Of a stretch of DNA of 64,000 nt, positions 63,158 to 64,000 are shown piece by piece (positions within the stretch are counted from its first letter, which is position 1; every line of letters starts with the position of its first letter). The notes beneath the pieces were generated by a model that was not told the origin of the DNA, did not search any database, and was given only the letters and a program-made list of their open reading frames with translations. Source of the stretch: Alphaproteobacteria bacterium (GTDB lineage Bacteria > Pseudomonadota > Alphaproteobacteria > Rs-D84); the NCBI GenBank assembly GCA_017502865.1, contig JAFVUD010000006.1, forward strand, positions 17,699 through 81,698, given 5' to 3'. A program made the position numbers and the translations under genes.

Positions 63158-63526
63158 TTATTTCGCATCGGCGGCAGTAAATCGTTTTGCAGTTTCAACC
63201 AATTTTGTGAAGTTTGCATCACCTGCGTATGCCATTTCGGCCAAAACCTTGCGGTCCAGGGCAATGCCGGCTTTCTTTAAGCCGTTCATAAACTGGCTGT
63301 AAGTCATACCGTTTGCACGAACAGCGGCGTTGATACGGACAATCCACAAACCACGAAATTCGCGTTTTTTAACACGACGATCACGGTATGCATACTGACC
63401 CGCTTTTTCTGTTTTTTCGCGCGCTGCACGATATGTTGAATGATGACGGCCCAAGTAACCCTTGGCACGCGCCAAAATCTTGTTATGTTTCTGTTTTACG
63501 GTTGTTCCACGTTTAACTCTTGCCAT
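63158..63526 (-). CDS. rplT: 50S ribosomal protein L20
   Basis: [24 protein letters not shown].. Confidence 0.95.
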   Translation of the reverse strand: MARVKRGTTVKQKHNKILARAKGYLGRHHSTYRAAREKTEKAGQYAYRDRRVKKREFRGLWIVRINAAVRANGMTYSQFMNGLKKAGIALDRKVLAEMAYAGDANFTKLVETAKRFTAADAK

Positions 63527-63540
63527 AATCTAACCCCCTA

Positions 63541-63744
63541 TTATTTCAAACCATATGGAGCCAGGATTTTAGCCTGTCCAACCATGTTTTCATTCAAATA
63601 CTGTGGTTTTGAACCTGCGTTGTTTGCACGTGCAGATTTTTTACGCAACAGTTTCTTGTGGGCGTTACGGGCAACGCGGATTTTACCGGTCGCAGTCATA
63701 GACGCACGTTTTTTCAAGTACGACTTAGTCTTTAATTTTGGCAT
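63541..63744 (-). CDS. rpmI: 50S ribosomal protein L35
   Basis: ORF trimmed to MPKLKTKSYLKKRASMTATGKIRV.. (ATG 63744). Confidence 0.9.
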   Translation of the reverse strand: MPKLKTKSYLKKRASMTATGKIRVARNAHKKLLRKKSARANNAGSKPQYLNENMVGQAKILAPYGLK

Positions 63745-63846
63745 TTTATATCCTTTTATTTTAGATGTTTTACCGTCTGATGGCAATGCCTTGCCACTTT
63801 GACTGGTGCTTATTGTGGCATATTCTGTGGAAAAATCAAGTTTTTA

Positions 63847-63875
63847 TTGAATATCTTGTTTTTTACGATTACACT
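63847..63875 (+). promoter_or_regulatory. Promoter of the edge ORF (leaderless architecture)
   Basis: TTGAAT (63847-52), 17 nt, TACACT (63870-75), 8 nt, ATG (63884). Confidence 0.4.
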
Positions 63876-63883
63876 GGTGCCCG

Positions 63884-64000
63884 ATGAACCAGAATAAATT
63901 ATCTTCCAGAGTCTATACATTGATAAAATCTGCCGGAATGGCAGTGATTTTGCCGGTTCTGTTTATCTATATCATGGTGGCTAAGCCGGATTATACTATT
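63884..64000 (+). CDS. Partial ORF, N-terminal membrane anchor (continues beyond window)
   Basis: Manual translation: MNQNKLSSRVYTLIKSAGMAVILPVLFIYIMVAKPDYTI.. Not in the ORF track because there is no stop inside the window. Confidence 0.4.
   Translation, partial: MNQNKLSSRVYTLIKSAGMAVILPVLFIYIMVAKPDYTI

Overview
This 64-kb window is a compact, moderately AT-rich stretch of bacterial chromosome. I annotate about 58 protein genes and 4 tRNAs (Val-UAC, Cys-GCA, Val-GAC, Thr-CGU). I found no rRNA, CRISPR array, transposase or integrase. Several families point to a streamlined, possibly host-associated alphaproteobacterium, which is an inference: alpha-type SspB, IF-3 with a GPR-type N-terminal extension, RpoH, a YfgM-like/BamB-like pair, type-2 IleRS and a lone VirD4. 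Content is mostly housekeeping: fabZ-lpxD, nusA-infB, lptG-lptD-surA, rlmN, pnp, der, rpoH, rpsO-truB-mutS, infC, pal, parAB-rsmG, mreB, rnpA-yidD, accBC, recF, a tolC-macA-macB efflux operon, metG, queH, fabDG, mnmG, ileS, nth and rpmI-rplT-pheST. I did not find a multi-gene novel system. The notable signals are regulatory or structural:

1. A leaderless 10-codon ORF, MKQTTIIIIK, plus a terminator/antiterminator lies directly upstream of ileS. It looks like a leader-peptide attenuator for the Ile-tRNA synthetase.
2. infB is split by a -1 frameshift at a poly(A) tract.
3. An in-frame TAG interrupts the yfgM-like gene.
4. Three partial copies of the tRNA-Cys 3' end (direct and inverted) form an att-like scar next to recF.
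5. A T5-6CAAC(A) motif family (DnaA-box-like), parS-like palindromes and a coding-strand polarity switch cluster around parAB-rsmG. This may be an oriC or centromere neighbourhood.
6. A -10 hexamer sits 6-9 nt before the ATG at eight transcription-unit starts, implying leaderless mRNAs.
7. There are orphan genes: a stand-alone VirD4 coupling protein, a leaderless radical-SAM enzyme, and a signal-less NlpC/P60-like protein coupled to mnmG.
8. A roughly 170-nt structured RNA candidate lies between xseB and infC.

All calls come from reading the sequence and translations. No database search was run.
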